From Candidatus Latescibacterota bacterium (GTDB taxonomy: Bacteria > Latescibacterota > UBA2968 > GCA-2709665), in assembly GCA_965205485.1 (NCBI GenBank), contig OZ242180.1, positions 2,080,001-2,144,000 on the forward strand: a stretch of 64,000 bases of DNA, given 5' to 3'. Positions 31,177 to 41,199 of the stretch are shown in pieces. Each line of letters starts with the position of its first letter. Positions within the stretch are counted from its first letter, which is position 1. The notes under the pieces were generated by a model. It worked only from the letters and a program-made list of their open reading frames with translations. It was not told the origin of the DNA and made no database searches. The position numbers and the translations under genes are program-made.

Positions 31177-32349
31177 ATGAGAGCAAAACGGTTTAAAATG
31201 CTGTGGACGCTTCCCATAGCAATGGGGATACTGTTGTCAGTTCCGGGTGCGGCGCATTGTCGTCCAGGGAGCGTACTCAAGGGAATCGAAGAAGAAAGAG
31301 CCGAGATTCTGGAAAAGAACCGGGCCGGCGTTGTCCGCATTCATGCCAGCTATACCCAGACAGGGGCCGTGGATGGGCTTCAGTACGGCAAGGGATTCAT
31401 GCACGGCACCGGATTTGTCCTGGATGACCGGGGCACCATTGTTACCGTCCATCGTGCCGTAAAAGATGCCGAGGAAATCTGGGTAACCCTGCATACGGGA
31501 CATCGTCTCCCTGCCCGTTTCGTCGCTTCGGATCCGGTGTCCGAGGTGGCGGTTATCCGCGTTGAGGCAGAGGGGCTGGAACCGATTGCAATCGGCGATT
31601 CCGACAGGGTTCGCATGGGTCACTATGCGTTTATCCTGGGCAACAGTTTCGGAAACCTGACCCCTTCGTTTGGTGTTGTTTACAAGGTCGACCGCGCCCA
31701 GGACCTGATACACGTTGCGGCCCCTGTGCATCTCAGTTTTGGCGGCGCACCGGTATTCTGCAGTACTGGTAAGATACTTGGCCTGGTCTGGGCGCTGCTC
31801 GATCCATTGTCCGGTATTCTGCCCGAAGGGACTCCGGACACCCGAATGATGCAGGAGACAAACTTCGTATTCGTTGTACCTGTCAACCGCGCAATTCGTG
31901 TTGCCCAACGCCTTCTGGACGGTTCACAGACGGTATACGGATGGCTGGGCGTAACCGGAGAATACGATGCCGATTATCACGGCGTCCGCGTCGATAGCAT
32001 TGCGCCGAACGGCCCCGCGGCGAATAGCGGAATCGTGCGGGGGGATCTGATCATCTCGTTCCAGGAGCAACAGATTCAAAGCGCCGAGCATCTACAGAGC
32101 CTGGTCCTTTCCACAACTCCCGGAACCGAGGTCCGGATGAAGGTCAAACGTGGTGAACAACCGGACACTCCGCGTGTCGAGGTGGGCAAACTCTCTGTTG
32201 AACCCGGTCAATTTCCAGCGGCCGGTTATGACGCGTTTTCAGTCCCGTCACAGCTTTCCATGCAGGATGGCAACCAGGTTCTGTATCGGGAGTTCCTTCG
32301 TCTCCAGCGGGAGATTCAGTTGTTGAAGCAGCAATCGGCAAAGAAATGA
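31177..32349 (+). CDS. HtrA/DegP-like trypsin+PDZ protein, catalytic triad degenerate
   Basis: Signal peptide, GTGFV, IGDSD, GWLGV/PAANSGI..GDLI PDZ; GNSGG replaced by SFGGA. Confidence 0.82.
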   Translation: MRAKRFKMLWTLPIAMGILLSVPGAAHCRPGSVLKGIEEERAEILEKNRAGVVRIHASYTQTGAVDGLQYGKGFMHGTGFVLDDRGTIVTVHRAVKDAEEIWVTLHTGHRLPARFVASDPVSEVAVIRVEAEGLEPIAIGDSDRVRMGHYAFILGNSFGNLTPSFGVVYKVDRAQDLIHVAAPVHLSFGGAPVFCSTGKILGLVWALLDPLSGILPEGTPDTRMMQETNFVFVVPVNRAIRVAQRLLDGSQTVYGWLGVTGEYDADYHGVRVDSIAPNGPAANSGIVRGDLIISFQEQQIQSAEHLQSLVLSTTPGTEVRMKVKRGEQPDTPRVEVGKLSVEPGQFPAAGYDAFSVPSQLSMQDGNQVLYREFLRLQREIQLLKQQSAKK

Positions 32350-32390
32350 GCCGGATTCAGGGAGAGTAAGCGGTTAGATTCCGTACAAAT

Positions 32391-32421
32391 AAAGCGGGCG
32401 GCCATGCAGGCCGCCCGCTTT
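32391..32421. terminator. Bidirectional terminator between convergent genes
   Basis: AAAGCGGGCGGCC/GGCCGCCCGCTTT. Confidence 0.8.
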
Positions 32422-32445
32422 ACTTGTTGGTGCCGCTTTTTCTGT

Positions 32446-33273
32446 CTACGAAATCACGTTTTCCTGTACAAAATTGAGCCGGAGTCTGCCAAGCGCCCTG
32501 TCTTTGAGTTGCCGGACCCGCTCCCTGCTGATCTGCAGGCGCTTCCCGATACGTTCGAGTGGCTCCGGCTTATCCGAGTCAAGACCGAAATACAGACTCA
32601 ATATCCTTGCTTCGCGCTGGGGCAATCGGTTCAGGCATTCCTTGAGCAGCTTCTTGATGCGGGCATCCTCAAACTGCTCGTCCGGGCGGGAATCCTGTGC
32701 CGGAAGCGTATCGGCGTATACTCCCGAGGAACCGTCGTGCGTGGGACTGTCGAGAGAGACGGTGGTTCGGTTGGCCTCGAGGGCGCGTCGCAGCCTTCTT
32801 AGAGGCATGCCGGTTTTCTCAACCAGTTCGCCCAGATCGGGAATCCGGCCCAGCGACTGCGAAAGGGCGTTCTTGGCCCTGTTGATTACGTCGAGATCGT
32901 CGATTTGATTTACAGGGAACACAACCGGATGTACACACCGATTGAGCGCCGACAGAATGGCCTGCCGAATCCACCAGACCGCGTAGGTGATAAATTTGTG
33001 CCCACGCGCAAGATCGAATGTCCGTGTGGCTCGGATCAGGCCCAGATTGCCCTCTGCAATCAGGTCGGACAGTGGCAGCCCCCGTCCGCTGTATTCGCGG
33101 GCGATTCGGACAACGAATCGCAGGTTGGCGGTGATGAGACGATCGAGGGCTCTGCGGTTACCTCTCTGAGCGTCCGCGATCACGTCCGCTTCGTCTTCTT
33201 TGCTCAGCGGCGCGAATTTTCGGATGTCGCGCAGATAGATGTCCGCGTCGCCGTCCGAAATCCTGGCTTTCAT
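32446..33273 (-). CDS. RpoD/RpoS-family sigma-70 factor lacking region 1.1
   Basis: [43 protein letters not shown]. Confidence 0.92.
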   Translation of the reverse strand: MKARISDGDADIYLRDIRKFAPLSKEDEADVIADAQRGNRRALDRLITANLRFVVRIAREYSGRGLPLSDLIAEGNLGLIRATRTFDLARGHKFITYAVWWIRQAILSALNRCVHPVVFPVNQIDDLDVINRAKNALSQSLGRIPDLGELVEKTGMPLRRLRRALEANRTTVSLDSPTHDGSSGVYADTLPAQDSRPDEQFEDARIKKLLKECLNRLPQREARILSLYFGLDSDKPEPLERIGKRLQISRERVRQLKDRALGRLRLNFVQENVIS

Positions 33274-33566
33274 GTCCCCAGTTCTCCATATGCGATGGTG
33301 TGTGCCTCAGGTACACCCGTTCTCTCAACAGGAAGCCTGTCGATGGTATTCGACGCCGGGAGTCCGCAAATGGGTCGCCCTATACTGCAAAAAAAACAAC
33401 CGCGTCGAGCGGTTAATATAATGCCCATTCGCGCGGCGGTCAATGGAAAACCGTCGCATTTTGCGACAATTCGTCGTGATACGATGAAGTTCCCTTCGGA
33501 TTGCCCGTTTCCTTTCCGGCACCAGGAAATAGATTCAGTTTTCCGCGAACAACAGCCCCATCCTCA

Positions 33567-33776
33567 GAAGCCGTCTTTAAATTCCCAGCGGTCTTCGCGC
33601 GGCTGCAAAGGCGACGGTCAGCGTTGGTCAAACCCACCCATATCGAGAGGTCGAGGCTGCGCTCGCTCGCCTCTCTTGGGCGGGTTTTCCCGTCGGCGCT
33701 GCGCGCCCCTCGCGCCTCATAACCGCCACTTTTTCGCTCCCGCTCGGGAACTCACCGGTAATTTTAAAACGGCTTC
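33567..33776. mobile_element. MITE family B copy with internal insertions (210 bp)
   Basis: GAAGCCGTCTTTAAATT...AATTTTAAAACGGCTTC; 3-bp duplication TCA/TCA. Confidence 0.85.
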
Positions 33777-33911
33777 TCACAACCGAACGGGTGAAAGGAA
33801 CTTCCGGTTGATCAATTCGATGGATTCGCGGTAGTTCCGTCTGCTGCTCTTTGCTGTCTGTCTTTCGTCTTTGATTCAAGCTGATAGCTGTTTTTGCTGC
33901 TTTTCACCAAC

Positions 33912-35081
33912 CTAATGATGGAAGAGCCTGATCCCGGTATTTACCATGACCATGCCGTATTCATCCGCGGCCGCGGTCACGACGTCGTCCTGTACGGAAC
34001 CGCCGGTCTGGATGACGTATTCCACGCCGGTACGGGCGGCGCGGTCGATGTTGTCACGGAAGGGGATATACGCGTCGGAGCCCAGTGTTACACCCCCGAG
34101 ACGCTGCAGCCACTCCCTTCTGGGCGCATCGCCGAAGGGCGGCGGCGCCTTGCGGAACGAAACGCGCCATGCACGTTGTTCTTCGGGAGTCATGTCTCCT
34201 TTGAGATACAGTTCGATGGCGTTTATCTTTTCCGGCCGCCGCGCGCCTTTTCTGAAATCCAGATTCAGCACGGCAGGGTGCTGGCGCAGAAACCAGGCTT
34301 CGGCTTTGCCGGCGGCAATATCCGTACACGCAAGCCGATTCTGCTGCCCGGCCCCCACGCCGATGGCCTGGCCCTGCAATGCGAAACAGATGGAATTCGA
34401 CTGGGTGAACTTGAGCGTTATGGTGGCCACCAGCATATCCCGGGCTTTGTCCGGGGGGATTTCCTTTCGTCGGGTAACGACGTTCCCAAGCATCTCCGGG
34501 CTGGCATCCAGGTCATTGCATTGCTGTTCAAAGGTGAGTCCGAATACCTCACGAGATTCTGTTTCCATGGGCTTGTAATCGGGATCGACTTCAAGGACCG
34601 GGTAGGCGCCTCCTTTTTTCTTTCTCAGTATATCCAGCGCTTCCGGATGATAGCCCGGCGCAATGACCCCGTCGGATACTTCGCGGCGAAGGAGTCTGGC
34701 GGTGGCCACGTCAACCGGGTCGCTCAGGGCCGCCCAATCCCCGTACGAAGAAAGCCGGTCGGCGCCCCTGGCGCGGGCGTACGCGACGGCCAGGGGCGAA
34801 AGGTCCATGCCCTCGACGAAATATGCCATTTTCAGATCGTCGTTCAGAGGCACACCAACCGCGGCGCCTGCGGGACTGACGTGTTTGAACGAAGCCGCGG
34901 CGGGCGTGTCGAGCGTCTCCCTCAGTTCCTTCACAAGCTGCCAGGAATTGAACGCATCCAGCAGATTGATATACCCGGGCGCACCGTTGAGGACGCTGAA
35001 GGGAAGCGGACCGTGCCGGTTGAATATCCTTGCGGGTTTCTGGTGCGGGTTACATCCGTATTTCAGAGCGAGTTCAACCAT
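33912..35081 (-). CDS. AICAR formyltransferase, short form without the IMP-cyclohydrolase domain
   Basis: Starts at LKYGCNPHQ; GYINLLDA, SFKHVSPAG, QSNS, SDAYIPFRDN, QTGGS. Confidence 0.9.
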   Translation of the reverse strand: MVELALKYGCNPHQKPARIFNRHGPLPFSVLNGAPGYINLLDAFNSWQLVKELRETLDTPAAASFKHVSPAGAAVGVPLNDDLKMAYFVEGMDLSPLAVAYARARGADRLSSYGDWAALSDPVDVATARLLRREVSDGVIAPGYHPEALDILRKKKGGAYPVLEVDPDYKPMETESREVFGLTFEQQCNDLDASPEMLGNVVTRRKEIPPDKARDMLVATITLKFTQSNSICFALQGQAIGVGAGQQNRLACTDIAAGKAEAWFLRQHPAVLNLDFRKGARRPEKINAIELYLKGDMTPEEQRAWRVSFRKAPPPFGDAPRREWLQRLGGVTLGSDAYIPFRDNIDRAARTGVEYVIQTGGSVQDDVVTAAADEYGMVMVNTGIRLFHH

Positions 35082-35095
35082 GATGAACGTCCTCG

Positions 35096-35257
35096 GAAGC
35101 TGTCTTAAAATTACCGGTGAGTTCCCGAGCGCGAGCGAAAAAGTGGCGGTCAAGGCGGGAAAATCCGCCCATATTTGTCTATACGGGTGGGTTTGACCAA
35201 CGCCGACCGCCGCTTTTGCAGCCGTGCGAAGACCGCTGGGAATTTTGAGACAGCTTC
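35096..35257. mobile_element. MITE family B copy (162 bp)
   Basis: GAAGCTGTCTTAAAATT...AATTTTGAGACAGCTTC; duplication TCG/TCG. Confidence 0.9.
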
Positions 35258-35320
35258 TCGAATGTCTCCTGAATTCCACGACACTTCGAGTCGGGGAACC
35301 TTAGAGCGTCGAGCCCGGTT

Positions 35321-36574
35321 CTAACCCAATACCCCGTCGGCAAACAGTGAACCCAGATCGGTTTCACCCTGCCATTCGCGCAGCGCGGGATTTTCGGTGC
35401 TTAGGACCATGTCGGTGGCGCCGGTTTCGGTCCTGGAGAAGCAGATGACCTGACTGCCCTCCGCCAGACTCACAATGACGGGCGAGTGCGTGGTCAAGAG
35501 GATCTGGACGTCTTCAACGGACGAGAGCGCCCTGAAAACCGCTTCGAGGGCCCGGGGATGGATTCCGTTTTCAGGCTCTTCAACGAGAAAGGCGCCTCCA
35601 GAGTCAGGCAGGTACGCAGGGAGAGTAAGCGCCATAAGGCGGAGGGTACCGTCTGAAATCTTCCATGAGGGCGCTTCCAGTCCGTTTCGATCCTGGAAAA
35701 CCAGATAACAGTGACGATCTTCAGGTCGTTCCACTGTGCGGATGGATTTCAGGTCGGGTAGAACAGATTGCATGGCTGTGACCCAGGCCGCGAATCGGTC
35801 GGGCGCGCCGGACTGCAGTGAGGAGAGGACCCAGGGCAGATTGGAGCCGTCGGGCTGAAACGCCGCGGGACGACCGGGCGGGCTGGGACGGCGCATGTGG
35901 GCGCTGTTCAGTACCAGGCGCTGGATTCCCTTGTTGAGTACGCCTTTCAGCCAGGTCGCTACCGGATATCGGGTTTCGTCTTCGGGCAGATTGGCCAGAG
36001 CGGACCGCCTGGGACCCAGCATGAACGAGTGGTCCCATCCGGTGCCGGTTTCGTAGTAGAAGTTGTCATTGCTCCCGTGAACCTTGTGTACGATGGTCCT
36101 TGCGCCCCTGAGGCGGGGCAAGGCGAGCGTGTCCGGCATCGGGCGGTCCATGGGGAAGAGCGTCTGCTGTTCGGACTCGGGGTCTCTCCGGGAATCGTCC
36201 GGAAGAAGCAGAACACGTTCGGCGAGAATGGCGGTCTCACCGGTATCGGATGTCGTCCCGATGGTGACTTCGTACCGGCATCGAACGTATTGCCGGTTTT
36301 CGAAAAGGTCTGCCTTCTGCGACGGTATGCTCAGTTCGATGGCGACTTCGAAAGGATCGAACGTACGACGCCAGACCAGATCGCGCAGATCCGCAGCCCG
36401 TTTTCCGACGGCCTCCTCCAGACCGTCGGAAACGAGGTCGCCTAGAAAGGCGATGGCGTCCAGAAAGGTCGTTTTTCCGCTCGCATTGGGTCCAACCAGT
36501 ATGTGGAACGCATCCAGCGGTCGGCTGATGAAGCGCAGGCAGCCGTAGCGGAGGGCTTCGACTTTACGAATCAT
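35321..36574 (-). CDS. AAA_21/AbiEii-like ABC-type ATPase
   Basis: GPNASGKT, ISDGTLR, LVEEPENGIHP, TTHSP. Confidence 0.88.
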   Translation of the reverse strand: MIRKVEALRYGCLRFISRPLDAFHILVGPNASGKTTFLDAIAFLGDLVSDGLEEAVGKRAADLRDLVWRRTFDPFEVAIELSIPSQKADLFENRQYVRCRYEVTIGTTSDTGETAILAERVLLLPDDSRRDPESEQQTLFPMDRPMPDTLALPRLRGARTIVHKVHGSNDNFYYETGTGWDHSFMLGPRRSALANLPEDETRYPVATWLKGVLNKGIQRLVLNSAHMRRPSPPGRPAAFQPDGSNLPWVLSSLQSGAPDRFAAWVTAMQSVLPDLKSIRTVERPEDRHCYLVFQDRNGLEAPSWKISDGTLRLMALTLPAYLPDSGGAFLVEEPENGIHPRALEAVFRALSSVEDVQILLTTHSPVIVSLAEGSQVICFSRTETGATDMVLSTENPALREWQGETDLGSLFADGVLG

Positions 36575-36617
36575 GGCAATGTCGGGTAACCTTGTTGTCC
36601 TTCTTCCCAGGCGTTAG

Positions 36618-36763
36618 CAGTCCGTTGATAAAGTCGCTCTGCAGGCGAGGTCGAAGACAAGGCGCGCGACCGAGTCCCATCCTGCGATTCGGCGAGGGCG
36701 CGCAACGCAGTATATCGACCGCAATGGCCGGCCGTAGCCAGGATGGACTTTTTCAACGGGCTG
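36618..36763. mobile_element. MITE family A copy (146 bp)
   Basis: CAGTCCGTTGA...TCAACGGGCTG; exact duplication TTAG/TTAG. Confidence 0.9.
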
Positions 36764-37486
36764 TTAGAGAGGCGTCTGCCAGACAGCTTTACCAACGAAG
36801 AACGGTCCGAGAGATTGCACGTATTGCGCGGTCTGCCGGGTCTTTCGCATTTCCTGCACGACGTGCGAGAGCGGGTGCAACTCGGGCCCCAGCAGTCCGA
36901 TGACGAAGTCGTTGTCGTTGCGGTCCAGGCCATAGCAGGCCAGGCGGATGTCCTGGGCAAAACCTGCCTCGGCGTAGGCCCGCCCGATTCTGGCATGTTC
37001 ACCCAGAATCCCGCGCAGATCCTCACCAGACAGCAGTCCGAACTCGGGCTTGCGGCGCAGCGGATACCATACGGCCCAGGGCCAGTCCGCGTTAAGGACC
37101 TTACTGCGTGGCTTTCGCAACAACGCTTCCAAGAGATCGGGTTCGTAACCGTGGGCGTAGGTTCTCCCGAACATGGTGAGGTGGGGATTGCGTTGAAGTT
37201 CAGCGAACGGACCGCCGTTCAGCAATGTGCGGATTTGCCCCGCGAACGCATCCGGAGATTCGGATAGCGTAAGAATGCCAACGCCGGATGGATTGTTCAG
37301 GTCCGCGTACAGGACGGCGTCGACCCCGGATTCGCGGAGTGCGTCCGCAAGCGTGTCCGTGCGCGGGCAGTTTTCATAGACGTGCAACTGCATGAAGAGC
37401 CGCCGGTTGCTGGCCTGTATCTGACCCCTAATGGGTTTGCCTCTTTCACGCAGGTCCAGCGTCTGTTCTTTTGAAGCGGGACGCAT
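36764..37486 (-). CDS. Chlorite dismutase / coproheme decarboxylase (ChdC/HemQ-like) family protein
   Basis: WYPLRR, EH..IG..Y, GLD..DNDFVI, MR, GPFFVG. Confidence 0.78.
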   Translation of the reverse strand: MRPASKEQTLDLRERGKPIRGQIQASNRRLFMQLHVYENCPRTDTLADALRESGVDAVLYADLNNPSGVGILTLSESPDAFAGQIRTLLNGGPFAELQRNPHLTMFGRTYAHGYEPDLLEALLRKPRSKVLNADWPWAVWYPLRRKPEFGLLSGEDLRGILGEHARIGRAYAEAGFAQDIRLACYGLDRNDNDFVIGLLGPELHPLSHVVQEMRKTRQTAQYVQSLGPFFVGKAVWQTPL

Positions 37487-37603
37487 CGATGAATCCGTGT
37501 GATGTGAAGATGAGTCTGAGCACGGCGCATTTTCTTCAATATACCACGCACCGGTGCTGTTTCAAGCGAAAGATGTGAACGCATCGAAATTGACGGTACG
37601 GTT

Positions 37604-38359
37604 TCAGTTTTCCAGCCTTGCAAGAGACTCTGCAACCGTGGGTTCAAGACCGGCTTCGACGTCTCTTCGACGCAGGGAATGGAATTCTCCCAGGACGGCG
37701 TTGGCTCTGGCAAGTATGTCGATGCGTGCTGCGTACTGGTTCACCTTGTTGCCGGGCAGTGCCCATATCGCGACGTCGTCCGTGAGGGCATCCAGGTATG
37801 CCCGTGCGCCGCAGCAGCCCAGGCTGAGCGCGGCCCCACCTGTTCTGACGGCATGGGGAACCACTGCGCACGCCGGCCTGCCCATTGCGGGCGGAACGGC
37901 GGGTTCTACCTGCTGGACGGCTTCGGTTATGATCAGGCTCTGCGTGGAATGCGCGAAGAGCAGAACCACGGTCGGTTCGAGTGGCGTTTTACCCAGCGGG
38001 GCGTAAATTACATATCTGGTTTCGTTCTCCAGCACCGGGATCTCCATGACGTCCTGTTCACGAACGTACTCCATGCCGGCCATTGTCTTCAGGACGTCGC
38101 CCAGTTCGACCTGGTACGAAGCAGGAGGGTTGGCCATATGGTGTGTATGTACGCCGATGGCGCACAGTTCGTGGTGCATGGTCCGGGTGGTAAAGGGACC
38201 CTTCGCCGCTTCCTGCCAGAACAGGCAGCCGGCGGGCGCCCGGCCGTCGTATTCGGGCACACCCTCGGGAACCTCGTCCGATATGCAGACGGCAATGGGA
38301 GGCAGGGCAAGGTTGAGTGATTCCTGCAACGCGCCGGCAACGGCCGCATACGATTTCAT
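37604..38359 (-). CDS. DUF169-like protein
   Basis: LNL..PPIA, GCxFW, CAIG, YAPL...P..V, ACA, SLGCCGAR pattern. Confidence 0.7.
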   Translation of the reverse strand: MKSYAAVAGALQESLNLALPPIAVCISDEVPEGVPEYDGRAPAGCLFWQEAAKGPFTTRTMHHELCAIGVHTHHMANPPASYQVELGDVLKTMAGMEYVREQDVMEIPVLENETRYVIYAPLGKTPLEPTVVLLFAHSTQSLIITEAVQQVEPAVPPAMGRPACAVVPHAVRTGGAALSLGCCGARAYLDALTDDVAIWALPGNKVNQYAARIDILARANAVLGEFHSLRRRDVEAGLEPTVAESLARLEN

Positions 38360-38416
38360 GGGATCCCGCCTTTCTGTGTACATATGGGAACAGCCGTGTC
38401 TGCTTCTTCGTGCTTA

Positions 38417-38578
38417 GAAGCTGTTTTAAAATTACCGGTGAGTTCCCGAGCGCGAGCGAAGAAGTGGCGGTCAAGGCGGGAAAATCCGCCCCTATTTGTC
38501 TATACGGGTGGATTTGACCAACGCCGACCGGCGCTTTTGCAGCCGCGCGAAGACCGCTGGGAATTTTAAGACAGCTTC
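38417..38578. mobile_element. MITE family B copy (162 bp)
   Basis: GAAGCTGTTTTAAAATT...AATTTTAAGACAGCTTC; duplication TTA/TTA. Confidence 0.9.
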
Positions 38579-39397
38579 TTACGTCGAGGCTGTCGAGCGA
38601 TTTTTTCGTGAAGCGTTTACGAGCAGGGCGATGCCCAGGATGACAAGGGGGACGCTGAGCCATTGTCCCACGCTGAGCGGGAAGCCGTGGCCGTAAGCGG
38701 CCTGACGGACTTTGACGAATTCGACGGCCACCCGGAACGAGAAGACGGAAACGAGGAACATGCCGAGAAGCAATCCCGATGGCGTCCGGTTGCGCCTTAT
38801 TGACCAGACCGTAAAGAGGAGAAGGAAGATCAGTCCGTAGGCGATGGATTCATAGAGTTGCGCCGGATGCCTGGGGACGGCATCCACGTGTGAAAAGACG
38901 ATTGCCCAGGGCAGGTCGGTCGGGGTGCCGTAAATCTCGGAATTGAAGAAGTTTCCAATTCGGATGAAGAAACCGCCAAGAGCAACCGTAACGACGATGC
39001 GATCGAGGATCCAGAGGTAGGACTGATCCGTCCTGTTTCGGGCGTACAGATAGAGCGCGCCAAAAATGCCGATGGCTGCGCCGTGGCTCGCAAGGCCGCC
39101 TCGCCAGATCTTGAAGATCTCAATCGGGTTTGTCAGGTAGAATTCGGGATCGTAGAACAGACAATGCCCCAGGCGCGCGCCGATGAGGGTGCCGAGAACC
39201 ATATAATTCACCAGGCTGTCGAGGTCCTTCGCGGATTTTCCCTCGAACCGGAACATCCGGCGCATAATGAAGTAGCCGAGGACGAAGGTAACCAGAAAGC
39301 ACAGGCTGTACCAGCGCAGGACGACCGGACCGATACGGAAGATCTCGGGGTCGGCGCTCCAATGGATCTGAGCGATTCCGAACATGGAGGTTTGCAC
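38579..39397 (-). CDS. lgt: Prolipoprotein diacylglyceryl transferase
   Basis: LRWYS, GARLGH, GGLASHG, RIGNFFNSE..G, RHPAQLYE. Confidence 0.96.
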   Translation of the reverse strand: MQTSMFGIAQIHWSADPEIFRIGPVVLRWYSLCFLVTFVLGYFIMRRMFRFEGKSAKDLDSLVNYMVLGTLIGARLGHCLFYDPEFYLTNPIEIFKIWRGGLASHGAAIGIFGALYLYARNRTDQSYLWILDRIVVTVALGGFFIRIGNFFNSEIYGTPTDLPWAIVFSHVDAVPRHPAQLYESIAYGLIFLLLFTVWSIRRNRTPSGLLLGMFLVSVFSFRVAVEFVKVRQAAYGHGFPLSVGQWLSVPLVILGIALLVNASRKNRSTAST

Positions 39398-39660
39398 TAA
39401 CGACTTTGCGGCGGGACGGGATCAATCCCGCCGGGATGGTAGGGATGGCACTTGAGAATTCGCGAGACCGACAGGTAAAGTGCGACCGGAAAGCGATGTT
39501 GTCGAAAGCAATCGCGGGCGTACCTGGCGCAGGTGGGATGAAACCGGCACCCGCTGCCGGGGCCGAATACGACCTGGAGAAACGGAGAGACAAGCACACG
39601 GTATATCCGCAGCAGGACTATTGCTGAACCGGCCAGAGTGCGGTCGATGAAAGAAAGCAT
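39397..39660 (-). CDS. yidD: Membrane protein insertion efficiency factor
   Basis: YR..VSP, CRFHPTC..Y, RILKCHP..PGG.DPVP. Confidence 0.9.
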   Translation of the reverse strand: MLSFIDRTLAGSAIVLLRIYRVLVSPFLQVVFGPGSGCRFHPTCARYARDCFRQHRFPVALYLSVSRILKCHPYHPGGIDPVPPQSR

Positions 39661-39792
39661 GTTCCGCCGAACTTTCGAACGGGAGTCGGGATTCGCTCCA
39701 TTTGCAGATGAGAGAATTTCTTTTAGACAGCTTCCTAGTCCACAACGGCAGGAAAAGATAGCAAAATGAAGCAATCACCGAAAGGAGAATTC

Positions 39793-40149
39793 ATGGCGGA
39801 AGAGACAATCTTCAGCAAGATAATCCGGAAGGAGATCCCTTCGGAAATGACCTACCAGGACGAACTGGTCACAGCGTTTCGAGATATCAACCCTCAGGCG
39901 CCGACTCACATTCTGATCGTGCCCAACAGGGTGATTCCCACCGTCAGCGATGTAACGTGCGAGGACGAGGCCGCGCTCGGCCGGCTGTTTACCGTGGCGG
40001 CCCGGCTCGCGGAAGCCGAAGGGCTTTCCGAGGACGGGTACCGGTTGATCGTGAACTGCCGGGAACACGGCGGTCAGGAGGTCTACCACCTGCATATGCA
40101 TCTGCTCGGCGGACGGCCGCTTGGCCCCATGCTCGCCCGGCGGCGATAA
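39793..40149 (+). CDS. hinT: Histidine triad nucleotide-binding protein
   Basis: [33 protein letters not shown]. Confidence 0.94.
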   Translation: MAEETIFSKIIRKEIPSEMTYQDELVTAFRDINPQAPTHILIVPNRVIPTVSDVTCEDEAALGRLFTVAARLAEAEGLSEDGYRLIVNCREHGGQEVYHLHMHLLGGRPLGPMLARRR

Positions 40150-40252
40150 GCGCCGACCGCGGCCCGGCGAGGGCGGGATCGCTGCGCGGCAAGGGTCTCG
40201 CATCCAGTAGGACAGTCCCCGCGGCGCGCTCCCGTTGCCCACCGGATCGCCA

Positions 40253-41092
40253 TTAATTCTGGTCGGGCCACTTGTAGGCCGCCTTCGCGTTCCTCCAGAA
40301 GACTTTCTCGACCGCTTCCTTTCCAATGGCGCCGAAGTACTCCCTGGGGATGCGTTGTACAGTCGCGTAGTCCGCGCCGTGTTCGCATACGGGCCAGTTG
40401 CTGGCATAGATGAGCCGATCCACGCCGAGTATTTCCCAGAGGTGGTCCAGGGTCGGGGCATAGTAGATCAATTCGGGAGGCGCGGGTTCCTGCACGGCGG
40501 TTTCAACCAGGCCGGAGACCTTGCAGTAGATGTTCGGATACCGCGAGACATTGTGCAGGCCGTCGATCCAATCGGGGTCCGGCGTCTTGCCGTCAACGGG
40601 TACATGGATGACATGGTTGAGCACGATGCGCAAGTCCGGCAGCCGGTCGGCAATGCGGACGGCGGAGTGAAGCTGCGCGACGTCGATCAGAAGGTCCAGC
40701 GACAGGTCGGCCTGAGCAAGCAACTCGAGCCTGGAAAACAGCGCGTCGCTGACGTTTTGAACTTCGTTCCTGTGGAGGCGGATGCCGCGGAAGAGGGGAT
40801 TTCCCGCCAGATCCATGAGGTGTTTCTCAAAGTCGTCCGATTCCGGGTCGAGATTACCAACGAAGCCGACGATGAAGGGTTCCGTTTCAGCCAGATCGAG
40901 GATCCAGCGGTTGTCTTCAACCCATTCACTGGCTTCCACGACCACGGTGCCGGTGACGCCCTCGGGAACGGCGACGGCCTTATAATCTTCAGGTAGCACA
41001 CGCCGGTACAGCAGGTTGTCGTCGTGCGGCGGCCAGGGTACCCCTTCGGGGCGGTATGGATCGTAGAAATGGGTATGGGTGTCGATGATCAT
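40253..41092 (-). CDS. Amidohydrolase family protein (lactonase-like)
   Basis: IDTHTH, VLNH, CKVSG, YASNWPV. Confidence 0.88.
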   Translation of the reverse strand: MIIDTHTHFYDPYRPEGVPWPPHDDNLLYRRVLPEDYKAVAVPEGVTGTVVVEASEWVEDNRWILDLAETEPFIVGFVGNLDPESDDFEKHLMDLAGNPLFRGIRLHRNEVQNVSDALFSRLELLAQADLSLDLLIDVAQLHSAVRIADRLPDLRIVLNHVIHVPVDGKTPDPDWIDGLHNVSRYPNIYCKVSGLVETAVQEPAPPELIYYAPTLDHLWEILGVDRLIYASNWPVCEHGADYATVQRIPREYFGAIGKEAVEKVFWRNAKAAYKWPDQN

Positions 41093-41199
41093 CGTCGCAC
41101 TCCTTGTGTTTTTCCAATGCTGAATCCTTGACAGAGAAGGTGGATTGCGTATTTTCTATGGCATTTGTCAGCGATGAGCCGAAAAGAGAGACGAGCATC

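Noticed and set aside
33835..33908. Weak ~7-nt periodic pyrimidine-rich tract after the AICAR transformylase stop
   Set aside because: Too degenerate and has no complementary arm, so it cannot be assigned to the periodic elements.
39715..39737. Solo MITE-B-like end (TTTTAGACAGCTTC)
   Set aside because: No matching opposite end or internal homology was found nearby; at most a remnant.
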